Positions 47,521-56,780 are shown, counted from the stretch's first letter. The stretch is DNA of 64,000 bases from an uncultured Actinomycetes bacterium (GCA_963718605.1 OY970363.1:834257-898256), one strand, 5' to 3'. Numbers and translations: made by a program. Notes: generated by a model from the sequence alone, not told the origin.

Positions 47521-48522
47521 TTAGGAGGCGTCCTCCCGCTTGTGACCCTCAGCCAGCTCACTGAGCACTTCAGGGGCCACGTTGGAGGCGTTGAGCACCG
47601 CCACCCGGGCCCTGGTCATTGCTCGCAGCGTCGCCGTGCGTTGCCCGCCTTCGATCAGCGCACGCTCGCCGAGCATCGCCCCGGGGCCCATCTCGCCGAC
47701 GGTCTCCCCGTCGACGATCGCTTCGAGAATGCCGTCGAGCAAGAGAAACATCTCCTCACCTTTGTCGCCCTGCGCGACGAGTTGCTCACCCTGCTTCAAC
47801 TTCTTGTATTTGGGCTTGGCGCCTTCGCGCATGAGCGTCTTCGACAGTTCCCGTTCCAGCGCCGTCTCGACCGTCGTGACGAACGCGGGCGAATCCTCGT
47901 CGCCCCAAGGCGAGTGGTTGTCGAAGGCATGGCGGAACCAGTCCGTGAAATCGATGAGACCGGTCTTGGCTATCAAATCGTTTTTGTCGTCGTACACCCA
48001 GTGCCGCGGGAAGGGGCTGGCGCCGGTGAGTTCACGGTCCACGGTGCCGTCCGCGTGGATTGTCAGCGACAAGGTCGACCACGCGGTTGGCGCGCGCCAC
48101 TGCATGAACGGCGGCCGGTTCACTCGGCGAGGGGCGGGGGCGCCGGTTGCGCCTCCGCCGGTCTGGACAAAGGTCACCGAGGTCGCGGTGACGATCGGTT
48201 CGCGTTGGATGTCGGGATACGCAATCGCGTTGAAGTCGAGTTCCTTCTTGCCGAGGTGCAGTCGTGTCACGCCGATGAGGCTGCCGCCGGAGTAGCCGTA
48301 GTCGAGGATCTCGTTCGAGTCGCTCACATTGATCCAGGCGCGCAGGACGTTGGCGAACCGGAACTTGTCCCCGTCGCGCAGGGCGATGATGTCGTCGATG
48401 TGGTCGGGCAGCGGCTCGTCGTAGTGGGCGACGCCCATTTCGAACGGAGCTTTGAACGAAGCCTTGCTGATGGCTTCAGAGGGAATCCACGAGATGGCCG
48501 TTACTGACGATTCGATGCGCAT
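47521..48522 (-). CDS. Cyclic-nucleotide-binding domain protein with an unrecognised 230-aa N-terminal domain
   Basis: The C-terminal 100 aa fit the cNMP-binding fold (QGDKGEEMFLLLDGILEAIVDGETVGEMGPGAMLGERALIEGGQRTATLRA). GAAGGAGA SD. The stop is directly adjacent to the next gene's start. Confidence 0.75.
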   Translation of the reverse strand: MRIESSVTAISWIPSEAISKASFKAPFEMGVAHYDEPLPDHIDDIIALRDGDKFRFANVLRAWINVSDSNEILDYGYSGGSLIGVTRLHLGKKELDFNAIAYPDIQREPIVTATSVTFVQTGGGATGAPAPRRVNRPPFMQWRAPTAWSTLSLTIHADGTVDRELTGASPFPRHWVYDDKNDLIAKTGLIDFTDWFRHAFDNHSPWGDEDSPAFVTTVETALERELSKTLMREGAKPKYKKLKQGEQLVAQGDKGEEMFLLLDGILEAIVDGETVGEMGPGAMLGERALIEGGQRTATLRAMTRARVAVLNASNVAPEVLSELAEGHKREDAS

Positions 48523-48536
48523 GGCGTCTCCTTCGA

Positions 48537-48884
48537 TTACTTCGAGCGAACTTTCAATACGCCACGCATGCCCAGACCCTCGTGATCGAGGATGCGACAG
48601 ACGTAACGGTAGGTACCAGGAGCGAGTTCGACGGGGAACGTCCCGGTCTTACCCGGGGTGACGGTGACTTCTTCTCCGAGTTTGTTGATGCTGAACGTGT
48701 GCGTGAGCGAACCGCGGTTGTGCGCGACCACCGTGTAGCGACCCGCGACCAGGGAGACCGTCGAAGGCGTGAAATGCATCTCCTTCATCGAAACCTCGAT
48801 CTCAGTAGTCGCGTCTGCGCCAGCACAGGCCGACAGGCCCGCGCCCGCGCACAAGAGGGCGCCGAACACTGCAATCGCTCTCAC
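48537..48884 (-). CDS. Single-domain cupredoxin lipoprotein
   Basis: From GTG 48884: (M)RAIAVFGALLCAGAGLSAC lipobox. Ligand context THTF...YVCRILDHEGLGM. The track ORF (to 49010) adds an unlikely N-terminus. Confidence 0.65.
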   Translation of the reverse strand: MRAIAVFGALLCAGAGLSACAGADATTEIEVSMKEMHFTPSTVSLVAGRYTVVAHNRGSLTHTFSINKLGEEVTVTPGKTGTFPVELAPGTYRYVCRILDHEGLGMRGVLKVRSK

Positions 48885-49019
48885 GCCGTCAACGTACGAG
48901 AACCGGCCCGGGCAGAGACAGGTTGCAGACCTGTGTCGTGCGGGGGTGCTGGCACCCCCGACACACCGGGGGCGACCCGGCTTGTTAAGCCGACGCGTAG
49001 CTGGGCACAATCAACAACC

Positions 49020-50330
49020 GTGGGGGAAGACCGCATCACCGTGTTTCTTGCCGACGACAACTTGATCGTGCGCGAAGGCGTACGAGCATTGCTGTCAGCT
49101 GACAAGAACCTGGAAGTCGTCGGCGTGGCCGCCGACTACGACGAGTTGGTGGCTGGCGCCTTCGCGACCGAACCCCAGGTCGTGGTCACCGACATCCGTA
49201 TGCCGCCCAACTTCGCGCGGGAAGGCATTGACGCCGCGAAAGAGATTCGAAAACGATTTCCCGGCACGGGCGTCGTGATCCTGTCGCAATACGACGATCC
49301 TGACTATGCCGTGTCGCTCATGGCTGAAGACGCCGTCGGTTACGCCTACCTCTTGAAGGATCGCGTCGCCGAGGGCGACCAATTGTCGCGGGCGGTGCTG
49401 GAAGTAGCCCGCGGTGGATCGATGATCGACCCGAGCATCGTGTCCCAAATCATGCGCCCGGTTACCAAGGACGGCGAGTTGTCCGCCAGCGACGAGGCGC
49501 TGCTTCAACTCGTCGCCGAAGGCCGTCCGATCAAAGCGATCGCCGCCGCCCGCAACATCACGCCGGCCGCCGCCGCCGCCGACGTCGACAAGCTGTTTCT
49601 GACCCTCGCCCAGCAGGCGTCCTCTGGCGGTTCGTCGCTGAAGCGTTTGCGCTCGTTGCACGAAGCGATCATCGCCAGCGAAGAGCAGGGCGAAACGCTG
49701 AGCCGGCTACTGCCGGGTGGCCTCGCCGAGAAAGTACGGCGCGACGGCGGCAAGATCGGCGAGACCGAAAACCTGCGCGTCACGGTGTTGATGTCGGACA
49801 TTCGTGGCTACACGACGCTGGCTGAACGGGCGGATCCCGCCAAGCTGGCCGGCCAGCTCAACGCCCATCGCGCCGAAATGAACCGGGCGATCATCGCGAA
49901 CGGCGGCACGGTGATGCAGTTCGTCGGCGATGCGGTGATGGCCGTGTTCGGCGCTCCCGTGGCGATGGACGCCCATGCCGCGCACGCGGTGGATGCGGCC
50001 GCGGCCATGCATCGTCAACAAGCGGCGTTGAACGAGAAGTGGGCGATCGACGGGATGCCGGCGTTTGGCCTCGGTATCGGCGTGTCGACCGGCGACGTGG
50101 CCGCGGCGCTGCTCGGCTCTGAAGAGCGCATCGAGTACACGGTGGTGGGCGACACGGTGAACCTGTCCAACCGGTTGCAGCAGTTCTGTGAGCCGGGCGA
50201 GACGGTGTTGTCGCAACCGACGATGGACGATCTGACGTCGCCGCCGCCAACCACGGCGCTCGAACCCACGCTCGTGAAGGGCCGCGAGCAGATGGTGCAG
50301 GCCTACAAGATCGCCGCCGAGGTTTACTGA
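49020..50330 (+). CDS. Response-regulator receiver + LuxR-like (degenerate HTH) + class III adenylate/guanylate cyclase fusion
   Basis: REC: ITVFLADDNLIVREG...VVVTDIRMPP...YLLKD. LuxR-like segment: LSASDEALLQLVAEGRPIKAIAAARNITPAAAAADVDKLFLTL. Cyclase: VTVLMSDIRGYT, FVGDAVMAVFG, YTVVGDTVNLSNRLQ. Start at GTG 49020 is uncertain (no clear SD). Confidence 0.8.
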   Translation: MGEDRITVFLADDNLIVREGVRALLSADKNLEVVGVAADYDELVAGAFATEPQVVVTDIRMPPNFAREGIDAAKEIRKRFPGTGVVILSQYDDPDYAVSLMAEDAVGYAYLLKDRVAEGDQLSRAVLEVARGGSMIDPSIVSQIMRPVTKDGELSASDEALLQLVAEGRPIKAIAAARNITPAAAAADVDKLFLTLAQQASSGGSSLKRLRSLHEAIIASEEQGETLSRLLPGGLAEKVRRDGGKIGETENLRVTVLMSDIRGYTTLAERADPAKLAGQLNAHRAEMNRAIIANGGTVMQFVGDAVMAVFGAPVAMDAHAAHAVDAAAAMHRQQAALNEKWAIDGMPAFGLGIGVSTGDVAAALLGSEERIEYTVVGDTVNLSNRLQQFCEPGETVLSQPTMDDLTSPPPTTALEPTLVKGREQMVQAYKIAAEVY

Positions 50331-50334
50331 GAAA

Positions 50335-50787
50335 TCAGCTGTCCGTGCGGAGTCGCCAGCCGTCTTGGCCGCCGGCCTCCCACGTCTTCTTGAGCAACCG
50401 GCCACCGAACTCTTCCTTGTTCAGGTAGGCCGCGGCGCCGCATTCGGCGACGTCAGGCGGCAGGTCTTCGACGTTGTAGGTCGACAGCAAGAAGATGGTG
50501 ACTTCTGGATGGGCCTCGGTGATCTGCATCGCCGCTTCGATGCCCGAGATGCCACCCATGTTGATATCCATCAGCACCAAGTCGGGGCCGTCGGCGTCGA
50601 CTGCGGCTACCGCGGCTTCGCCCGACTCGGCCTCGGCGATGAAGTCGAATCCCGCGGCGCGCTCGACCACGGCCCGTGCCGCGTCGCGAAAGGGCGCTTG
50701 ATCGTCGACGATCAGCACACGGACATTCGATACGCCTTCCACCTTGAAAGTGTGTGCCGTGACAGCGGTCACGCCAAGGATGCTCAC
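50335..50787 (-). CDS. Stand-alone receiver-domain response regulator (CheY-like)
   Basis: VRVLIVDDQAPFRDA...PDLVLMDINMGGISG...AAYLNKE. No output domain. The true start may be a few codons downstream of 50787. Confidence 0.8.
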   Translation of the reverse strand: MSILGVTAVTAHTFKVEGVSNVRVLIVDDQAPFRDAARAVVERAAGFDFIAEAESGEAAVAAVDADGPDLVLMDINMGGISGIEAAMQITEAHPEVTIFLLSTYNVEDLPPDVAECGAAAYLNKEEFGGRLLKKTWEAGGQDGWRLRTDS

Positions 50788-50806
50788 TCCCCCATTGTCA
50801 GGGGTG

Positions 50807-51472
50807 CTAGCCCCCCTCTGTCCCCAGAAGCATCAGGACCGCTTTTACCCGCCGATTGGTCTGTGGTTCCTCGGTAAGGCCCAATTTCGAGAAGATCGAG
50901 TTGATGTGTTTCTCGACCGCGCGCTCGGACAGAACAAGCGCCGCCGCGATCGCGCCGTTGCTTTTGCCTTGCGCCATCTCCCCCAGCACCTCGTGCTCAC
51001 GGGGCGTCAGCCGGTCCAACACGTTCGATCGGTTCGAGCGGGCGTCAACGAGGGCGTCAACCACGGCCGGGTCGATGACCGAGCCACCTTCGGCCACGGC
51101 GCGGATGGCCGCGACGAGCTGGCCGATGTCAGCGACGCGTTCTTTCAGCAGGTAGGCCCGTCCAGCGGCGCCTTTGTCGAGCAGCGCGAGCGCGTAGGCC
51201 GGGCTCGCGAACTGGCTCAGCACCACGACGCCCATGGCGGGATGCGAGTCGCCGAAACGCGTCGCCGCCCGCACGCCTTCATCCGTGCCGGTGGGAGGCA
51301 TGCGAATGTCGGTGACGACGACGTCGGGCTTGAGTTCGTCAACCAAGGCGAGCAACTCGGCTTCGTCGCTCGCCGTGCCGACAACTTCGAGGTCGTCTTC
51401 GCGGTCGACGAGCTGGTGGATGCCCTCGCGGAAAAGGGCGTGGTCCTCAGCCAGAACGACGCGAATACTCAC
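50807..51472 (-). CDS. NarL/LuxR-family DNA-binding response regulator
   Basis: 221 aa. REC (IRVVLAEDHALFREG...VVVTDIRMPP) plus GerE HTH (LTPREHEVLGEMAQGKSNGAIAAALVLSERAVEKHINSIFSKLGL). Confidence 0.9.
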   Translation of the reverse strand: MSIRVVLAEDHALFREGIHQLVDREDDLEVVGTASDEAELLALVDELKPDVVVTDIRMPPTGTDEGVRAATRFGDSHPAMGVVVLSQFASPAYALALLDKGAAGRAYLLKERVADIGQLVAAIRAVAEGGSVIDPAVVDALVDARSNRSNVLDRLTPREHEVLGEMAQGKSNGAIAAALVLSERAVEKHINSIFSKLGLTEEPQTNRRVKAVLMLLGTEGG

Positions 51473-51525
51473 GGCGCCATTCTGACCGCCAACTTCGGAT
51501 CCCCTGCGGACCTGTCGGAAGTCGG

Positions 51526-52500
51526 CTAGCCGAAAGGTGCGACAAGCGCGAGTTCTCGCGCGTTGAGATCGTCCCCCGCAGCCGGCGAGATGCCGGTGTG
51601 GACGAACGGCTGCATACCGAACGGAAGCAGCGCAACATCGACGTAGGCGTTCGGCTGCGCCGCCTTCAGGGCAGCGGCGTAGTTGGTGTTCTGCACCGTC
51701 GGCACGATCGTGTCTAGCTCGCCACTTGCGAGCAGCACGCGCGCGTTCACGTTCGTGACATACCGCATCGGGCTGCTGAACACGAGCGTGGCCGGATCGC
51801 CCCCGAACGCGGACAGGGCGACGTTGTAGAGCATGGTTGGACGAACAGGCGTGAAGGCCGTGAGAGTCGGGTCGTAAGCCGTCTGCTCGGACAGTGCGCC
51901 AAGGTCGCTCGGACCGGCCATCGCAATCACACAGGCGAGATCCTTGCGCACAGACGCCAGCATCAGCGCAAGGTGACCGCCAGCCGACATGCCAGCGGCG
52001 CAGATGGTCGCGTTCGGGCGCATTTGTCGTATGCGCTGCATGAACCAGAACACGTCGCCAAGGCTCTGGCCGCAGCCGCGATAGTCAATGCTGACGGTCT
52101 GCCAACCACGCGCCCGCCAATGGTCGACGTAGGGACGAATGCCGACAAGCAGCTCCTTCCCGACGGCGTACCACCCGCCGCCATGGATCACGATCATGAT
52201 CCCCTTCGGAGTCTTCCCGGCGAACGCGCCCGTCGTGCTTCCGATCTCGTAGTACGCGGGCGCGTTCGACCCGAGCCCCGTGGTCGTCACGCCAGCACCG
52301 GGAGCCTTGTACGGCGCTGCCACCGGGCCGGGCTGACAGGTGCTGCCCGGGAGCCCGCTATTCGGCGCGGGTATCACGTCCGCGGCCGCAGGTGCCGCGA
52401 GCGCAACCGCTACGAGACCCGCGACTACGGCAATCAGAACACCGTTACGCACGCGCGCGAGAAGGGGCAGTTGAGAACGTAAATCCGGCATGGGGACCAC
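51526..52500 (-). CDS. Secreted alpha/beta-hydrolase (esterase/lipase-like)
   Basis: 324 aa. N-terminal signal/TM, HGGGW oxyanion-type motif, and a GMSAGGHLA nucleophile elbow (GxSxG). Confidence 0.7.
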   Translation of the reverse strand: MVPMPDLRSQLPLLARVRNGVLIAVVAGLVAVALAAPAAADVIPAPNSGLPGSTCQPGPVAAPYKAPGAGVTTTGLGSNAPAYYEIGSTTGAFAGKTPKGIMIVIHGGGWYAVGKELLVGIRPYVDHWRARGWQTVSIDYRGCGQSLGDVFWFMQRIRQMRPNATICAAGMSAGGHLALMLASVRKDLACVIAMAGPSDLGALSEQTAYDPTLTAFTPVRPTMLYNVALSAFGGDPATLVFSSPMRYVTNVNARVLLASGELDTIVPTVQNTNYAAALKAAQPNAYVDVALLPFGMQPFVHTGISPAAGDDLNARELALVAPFG

Positions 52501-52669
52501 GGTATGAAAACGCCCACCAATTGGATAGAGCCCAAGTGCCCCATTTGCGCTGGTTGAACGGACTAGTCATTCGGCGCAAACGGCGTCCTGCGCCTCCGGG
52601 GCTTGCAGTTCGGCCCTCCCGCGGCTGCTCCGGGAGGACCGATCGTGCAAACAAACTGGTGTAGCTGGG

Positions 52670-52751
<82 letters not shown>

Positions 52752-52778
52752 TGGAGGCGGCAACGATAGCGTCAAGAG

Positions 52779-53267
52779 ATGCCAAGTTTCGATGTCGTGT
52801 CCGAGCTGGACATGCAGGAAATCCGTAACGCCGTCGACCAAGCCCAACGCGAGGTCAGCACGCGCTTCGACTTCAAGGACACCAATTCGACAATCGAGTT
52901 GACGCCCGACGCCATCAACCTGCATTCCTCGACCGAGGACAGGCTGCGAGCGGTCTACCAGGTGCTCGAAGAAAAGTTGGTCAAGCGCCAGGTGTCGTTG
53001 AAGGCGCTCGACGCGGGCAAGATCGAAGAGGCCGCAAAGGGAACGGCGCGCCAGACCGTCAAGCTGGTCGCCGGGATCTCGTCGGACAAGGCCAAGCAGG
53101 TCAACTCCACGATCAAGAACCTGAACCTCAAGGGGGTCGGGAGCCAGACCCAGGGCGATCAGGTGCGCGTGACGGGCAAAAAGCGCGACGACCTGCAAGC
53201 CGTGATCGCGGCGCTAAAGGAAGCCGACCTCGGCATCCCGCTGCAGTTCAACAACTTCCGCGACTAG
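52779..53267 (+). CDS. yajQ: YajQ-family (UPF0234) nucleotide-binding protein
   Basis: 162 aa, MPSFDVVSELDMQEIRNAVDQAQREVSTRFDFKDT..., a typical YajQ N-terminus. Confidence 0.9.
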   Translation: MPSFDVVSELDMQEIRNAVDQAQREVSTRFDFKDTNSTIELTPDAINLHSSTEDRLRAVYQVLEEKLVKRQVSLKALDAGKIEEAAKGTARQTVKLVAGISSDKAKQVNSTIKNLNLKGVGSQTQGDQVRVTGKKRDDLQAVIAALKEADLGIPLQFNNFRD

Positions 53268-53288
53268 GCGTTTTCCGCGGCTGCGGGC

Positions 53289-54377
53289 TTAGCGGAGGCC
53301 GAGGACGTCAAGCAGGCCGCGCGGGGTGAGCGGGCGCAGCATCGCTTTGGCCGCGACGTCGGCCTTGGCGGCGAGTTCGCGTTGGGCCTCTGCCACCTGT
53401 GCCCGATGATTCCAGTTCACCTTCAACGACGCGACGGTCGCCTCGACTTCCGCGAGGCGCAGCGCGCCACCGGTCGGATTCGCCGAACTGGCCCACGCCA
53501 GCTGCGCGCGGGGCGGGGCGATCTTCTCAATGGTGGTCGGCAGCACCTCCGGCGCCGGAGTCTGTGCAACTACCGGTGCCACGCCGGTATAGCTACTGAT
53601 GATTTGGGGCGCCGCCGCCATCGCTTGGGCGAGCCACTGGTCCAGGTAGGGCTTAGGGTTCACCGGGCCCTTGCCCTTCGGATGAATCTCGAAGTGCAAG
53701 TGGGCGGCGCCGCCTGCGGCGTTGCCGGTGTTGCCGACGTAACCGATGACGTCGCCGACCTTCACCGTCTGGCCCGGCTTGACGTCTGAGTAACTCGACA
53801 AGTCCGCGAGGTAGACCTCGTGGCCCTCGACCGTGTGGACATACGCGGCCGTGCCGCCCGCGCCACCGGCGCTGTGACGCACGACGCCGTCAACCGGAGC
53901 ACGAACCGGCGTACCCATCGGGGCAAAAATATCGGTGCCTTCGTGGAGGTGGAACACCGGCGTGAAGCGCGGGTTCAGCCAGTCGTCGGTGAAGTTGGCT
54001 GTGCCGGCCACCGGGAAACGACCAAAGCCCAGAATCGCGGCGTCGACTTTGGTCATGCCGTGATCGACCAGCGGCTGCAACGCGGCGAGCAGGCCACTCG
54101 TGTTGTTCGCCTTGCTCCGCTTCACCGACGCAATGATCTTGGCGTAGCCGGGCGGGATGACGCCCTTCGTCGCACCCGGGTCGTCGCCTCCGCCGCCAAC
54201 GAGCTTGGGTTGCGACGCCTTCGGCGCTTCCGTGGTCGGAGTGACCGGGGCGACCGAGGTAGTAGTGGTCGGCTGGAGAATCTGTGCGGACGCGCCGGAA
54301 CCGACGGCGATGTAGCCCGCCAGGATTAGAACGGCTAACGCGATTGCCCCGCGCGCCATGGTCGAAGTGGTCCGCAT
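53289..54377 (-). CDS. M23-family metallopeptidase (secreted)
   Basis: 362 aa. HEGTDIFAP (HxxxD) and AHLHFEIHP (HxH). N-terminal signal anchor. Confidence 0.85.
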   Translation of the reverse strand: MRTTSTMARGAIALAVLILAGYIAVGSGASAQILQPTTTTSVAPVTPTTEAPKASQPKLVGGGGDDPGATKGVIPPGYAKIIASVKRSKANNTSGLLAALQPLVDHGMTKVDAAILGFGRFPVAGTANFTDDWLNPRFTPVFHLHEGTDIFAPMGTPVRAPVDGVVRHSAGGAGGTAAYVHTVEGHEVYLADLSSYSDVKPGQTVKVGDVIGYVGNTGNAAGGAAHLHFEIHPKGKGPVNPKPYLDQWLAQAMAAAPQIISSYTGVAPVVAQTPAPEVLPTTIEKIAPPRAQLAWASSANPTGGALRLAEVEATVASLKVNWNHRAQVAEAQRELAAKADVAAKAMLRPLTPRGLLDVLGLR

Positions 54378-54404
54378 GGTCGGGGAGACAGGTTACTAAC
54401 GAAT

Positions 54405-54422
54405 GCGGCTGATACCAGCCGC
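54405..54422 (-). terminator. Candidate terminator hairpin after htpX
   Basis: GCGGCTG-atac-CAGCCGC, 26 nt downstream of the htpX stop. On the minus strand it is followed by ATTCGTTAG. Short stem and modest U content. Confidence 0.3.
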
Positions 54423-54447
54423 CCCGGAAAATTTGGCCAGATTTGGC

Positions 54448-55290
54448 TTAAACGTCCCACTCGCGGCCGCGGAGCCGAGCGATGCGATCTTCGGTGGGCG
54501 GGTGCGTGCGGAACCAGCTGGCGAAGTTGGCCTTGCGACCCGCGAGCGGGTTGACGATGAAGAGCGTCGCTTGGGCCGGGGTGACGTCCATCGGCACGCG
54601 TTGCGCAGCAACTTCGAGCTTCGCGAGTGCACGCGCCAACGGCTCGCCGTCGCCGATGAGGCGGGCGCCGGTGCGATCGGCCTCGTACTCGCGGCTGCGG
54701 GTCACTGCCGCCTGAACCAGCATGCCGGCGAGCGGGGCCAGGATGAACAGCATCAGCAGGACGAACGGGTTCGGGCGATCGTCGTCGCCGCCTCCCACGA
54801 ACATGCCGATCCGCGTGGCGAACATGATGCCGGTCGCTATCGCGGCCGCCACTGACCCGATGAGGATGTCGCGGTTTCCGACGTGACTGATCTCGTGGGC
54901 GAGCACGCCGCGCAACTCGTCCCAGTCGCAAATCTGCAGAATGCCTTGCGTCACTGCAACCGCGGCGTGGTCCGGGTTGCGTCCCGTCGCGAACGCGTTG
55001 GGCTGCATGTCGGGCGACACGTACAGCTTTGGCATCGGCATGCCGGCCTTGCCGGTCAGCTCACGCACGATCGCGAAGTACTGCGGCATCTCGGCTTCGT
55101 TGGCGGGCACCGCCCGCGCCGCCTTAATGGCGAGCTTGTCGGAGAACCAATACGACCCGCCGCAAAACACGAGGCCGAACAGCAAACCGATACTGGCCCC
55201 GCCCGACCCGGCGAACGCGCCACCGACGAAGACAAGCAGCGTGCCGAGTCCGGCCAGCAGGACATAGGTCTTGATGGTGTTCTTGCTCAT
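54448..55290 (-). CDS. htpX: M48-family zinc protease HtpX
   Basis: 280 aa. HEISHV (HExxH), four TM segments, C-terminal THPPTEDRI. Confidence 0.9.
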   Translation of the reverse strand: MSKNTIKTYVLLAGLGTLLVFVGGAFAGSGGASIGLLFGLVFCGGSYWFSDKLAIKAARAVPANEAEMPQYFAIVRELTGKAGMPMPKLYVSPDMQPNAFATGRNPDHAAVAVTQGILQICDWDELRGVLAHEISHVGNRDILIGSVAAAIATGIMFATRIGMFVGGGDDDRPNPFVLLMLFILAPLAGMLVQAAVTRSREYEADRTGARLIGDGEPLARALAKLEVAAQRVPMDVTPAQATLFIVNPLAGRKANFASWFRTHPPTEDRIARLRGREWDV

Positions 55291-55356
55291 TGTGTCGTCG
55301 AGGGTAACGCCGATGGCTGTGAGTTCATCGGCGGGAACCTGTGAGTTGGCTGCGGC

Positions 55357-56265
55357 TTAGTTGAGGTTGCCGTGGTGCAGCCAGCGGTCGAGTTCTTGGT
55401 CGGCCAGCGTGCGCACGCGCGCCGCGTAGCGCGGCATCTCATCGGCACCGATGACGTCGCGCCACTGGCCGCTCGTTCCCTTGTGGAAGAACTCGGTTGT
55501 GCTGCGCCAGAACCCCTGATCGGAGTTCGGGGCGACGCGGTCGGCGGCGGCGCGCATTTCGTCAAAGCGTGCGTGCGGCGCCAGTTCGGCGATGCGCTCG
55601 GGCGAACGGTCGATGCCAAGTCGCGTCGCGAGGTACGACATCTGGCCTTCGAGATCGGCTTGCATGTCGCCGTAGTGCAGCATCACCACGTTGGCGTCGC
55701 CGCGACGATTCCAGAACGAACGGACGTGGTTGACCATCGCTTCGAGCCCGCTGGGTCCAGCGCCGTCGCCTTCGACCCATTGCCAAAACCCCTCAACAGG
55801 ACCTTCCGCCACGATCGGCATCGTGTCGGGAATTTCGCCGAGGTCTTCCGTGCCAACGGCCGCTACGCGCTGGGCCATAAAGATCTCGAAGTCGATGTTC
55901 GACATGTGATGCGCCATCGAAACCGCGACGTCGCGCGGGTCGCGACCTACGCAGATGTAGGTGACGCGGTCATCCTGCGGGAGCGCGTCGAAGGGCAGGT
56001 GCGACTTGATGAAACGACGATGGGTTTGTGCGTCGATCTCCGCCCGCACGTCGGCGAGCGGTCGGGTGTTCATGTCGAGCCACGGCGACAGATGCGCCAG
56101 TGGAGCGGGTAGATCGACGGTGTCGAAGATGAGCAACGCAGTGATCATCTGCGTCCAGGTCGTGCCGCACTTCGGCGGCGTGCTGATGATGATGTCGCCG
56201 TCGCGGAACTCAAACCCGTCCCAACGGCGACTGTCGAACAACACGTTGTGCAACTCGGTCGGCAT
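55357..56265 (-). CDS. Cytosolic sulfotransferase-domain protein
   Basis: From ATG 56265 (MPTELHNVLFDSRRWDGFEF...). PAPS 5'-phosphosulfate-binding loop TPPKCGTTW. The 382-aa track ORF adds an Arg-rich upstream extension. Confidence 0.8.
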   Translation of the reverse strand: MPTELHNVLFDSRRWDGFEFRDGDIIISTPPKCGTTWTQMITALLIFDTVDLPAPLAHLSPWLDMNTRPLADVRAEIDAQTHRRFIKSHLPFDALPQDDRVTYICVGRDPRDVAVSMAHHMSNIDFEIFMAQRVAAVGTEDLGEIPDTMPIVAEGPVEGFWQWVEGDGAGPSGLEAMVNHVRSFWNRRGDANVVMLHYGDMQADLEGQMSYLATRLGIDRSPERIAELAPHARFDEMRAAADRVAPNSDQGFWRSTTEFFHKGTSGQWRDVIGADEMPRYAARVRTLADQELDRWLHHGNLN

Positions 56266-56288
56266 ATGCGAACCCCCCGCTCGTGTAC

Positions 56289-56776
56289 CTATCCGTAGTA
56301 GCCGGAGTGTAGGTAGACGCAGGGCACGCCTGCTGCCCGCAGCATCATCACGTTGCGCGGGTCGTCTTCGAAGCCGAGCACCAGGTCGATTCCGCGCGTC
56401 TTCAGTTCTTGCACGGAGAAGTACTTGAAGTCGTCCGCGTAGTCGTAGTCGCCGTGGTCGCGCATGATCAGCAAGTCCCAGCGCAAGTGGTAACGCTCGA
56501 GCCAACCGACCGTTTGTGCCTGCACGCGCAACGGGCGGGCGGTGAGCAACACGATCGGAAGCGACCGGTCCAGCAGCAGCAGCAACCGGCCGACCTCCTC
56601 GATGAGCGGGTCATCGCCGCACGCGTTGAAGAACGCCTGCCAGTCGCGCCGCGGGCCTTCGATGTAGTGCTGGCGACCGACGGCGTCCGACAACACGCCG
56701 TCGAGATCAAACATGACCGCGGGACCCGGTTCGATCGGTTCCTCGTGCCACTTCCAGTTGTTTGGAGTCGGCGTGG

Positions 56777-56780
<4 letters not shown>
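56289..56780 (-). CDS. HAD-superfamily phosphatase-like protein (PNK 3'-phosphatase-like)
   Basis: 163 aa. HAD motif [11 protein letters not shown] and a later FEDDPRN. GTG start overlaps the acs stop (GTGA). Confidence 0.55.

Noticed and set aside
52501-52669. 169-nt gap downstream of tRNA-Tyr containing a CCTCCCG/CGGGAGG hairpin (52614..52637)
   Set aside because: It could be a tRNA terminator or a small RNA. However, there is no U-tract, no recognisable promoter and no conserved motif, so the evidence is insufficient.
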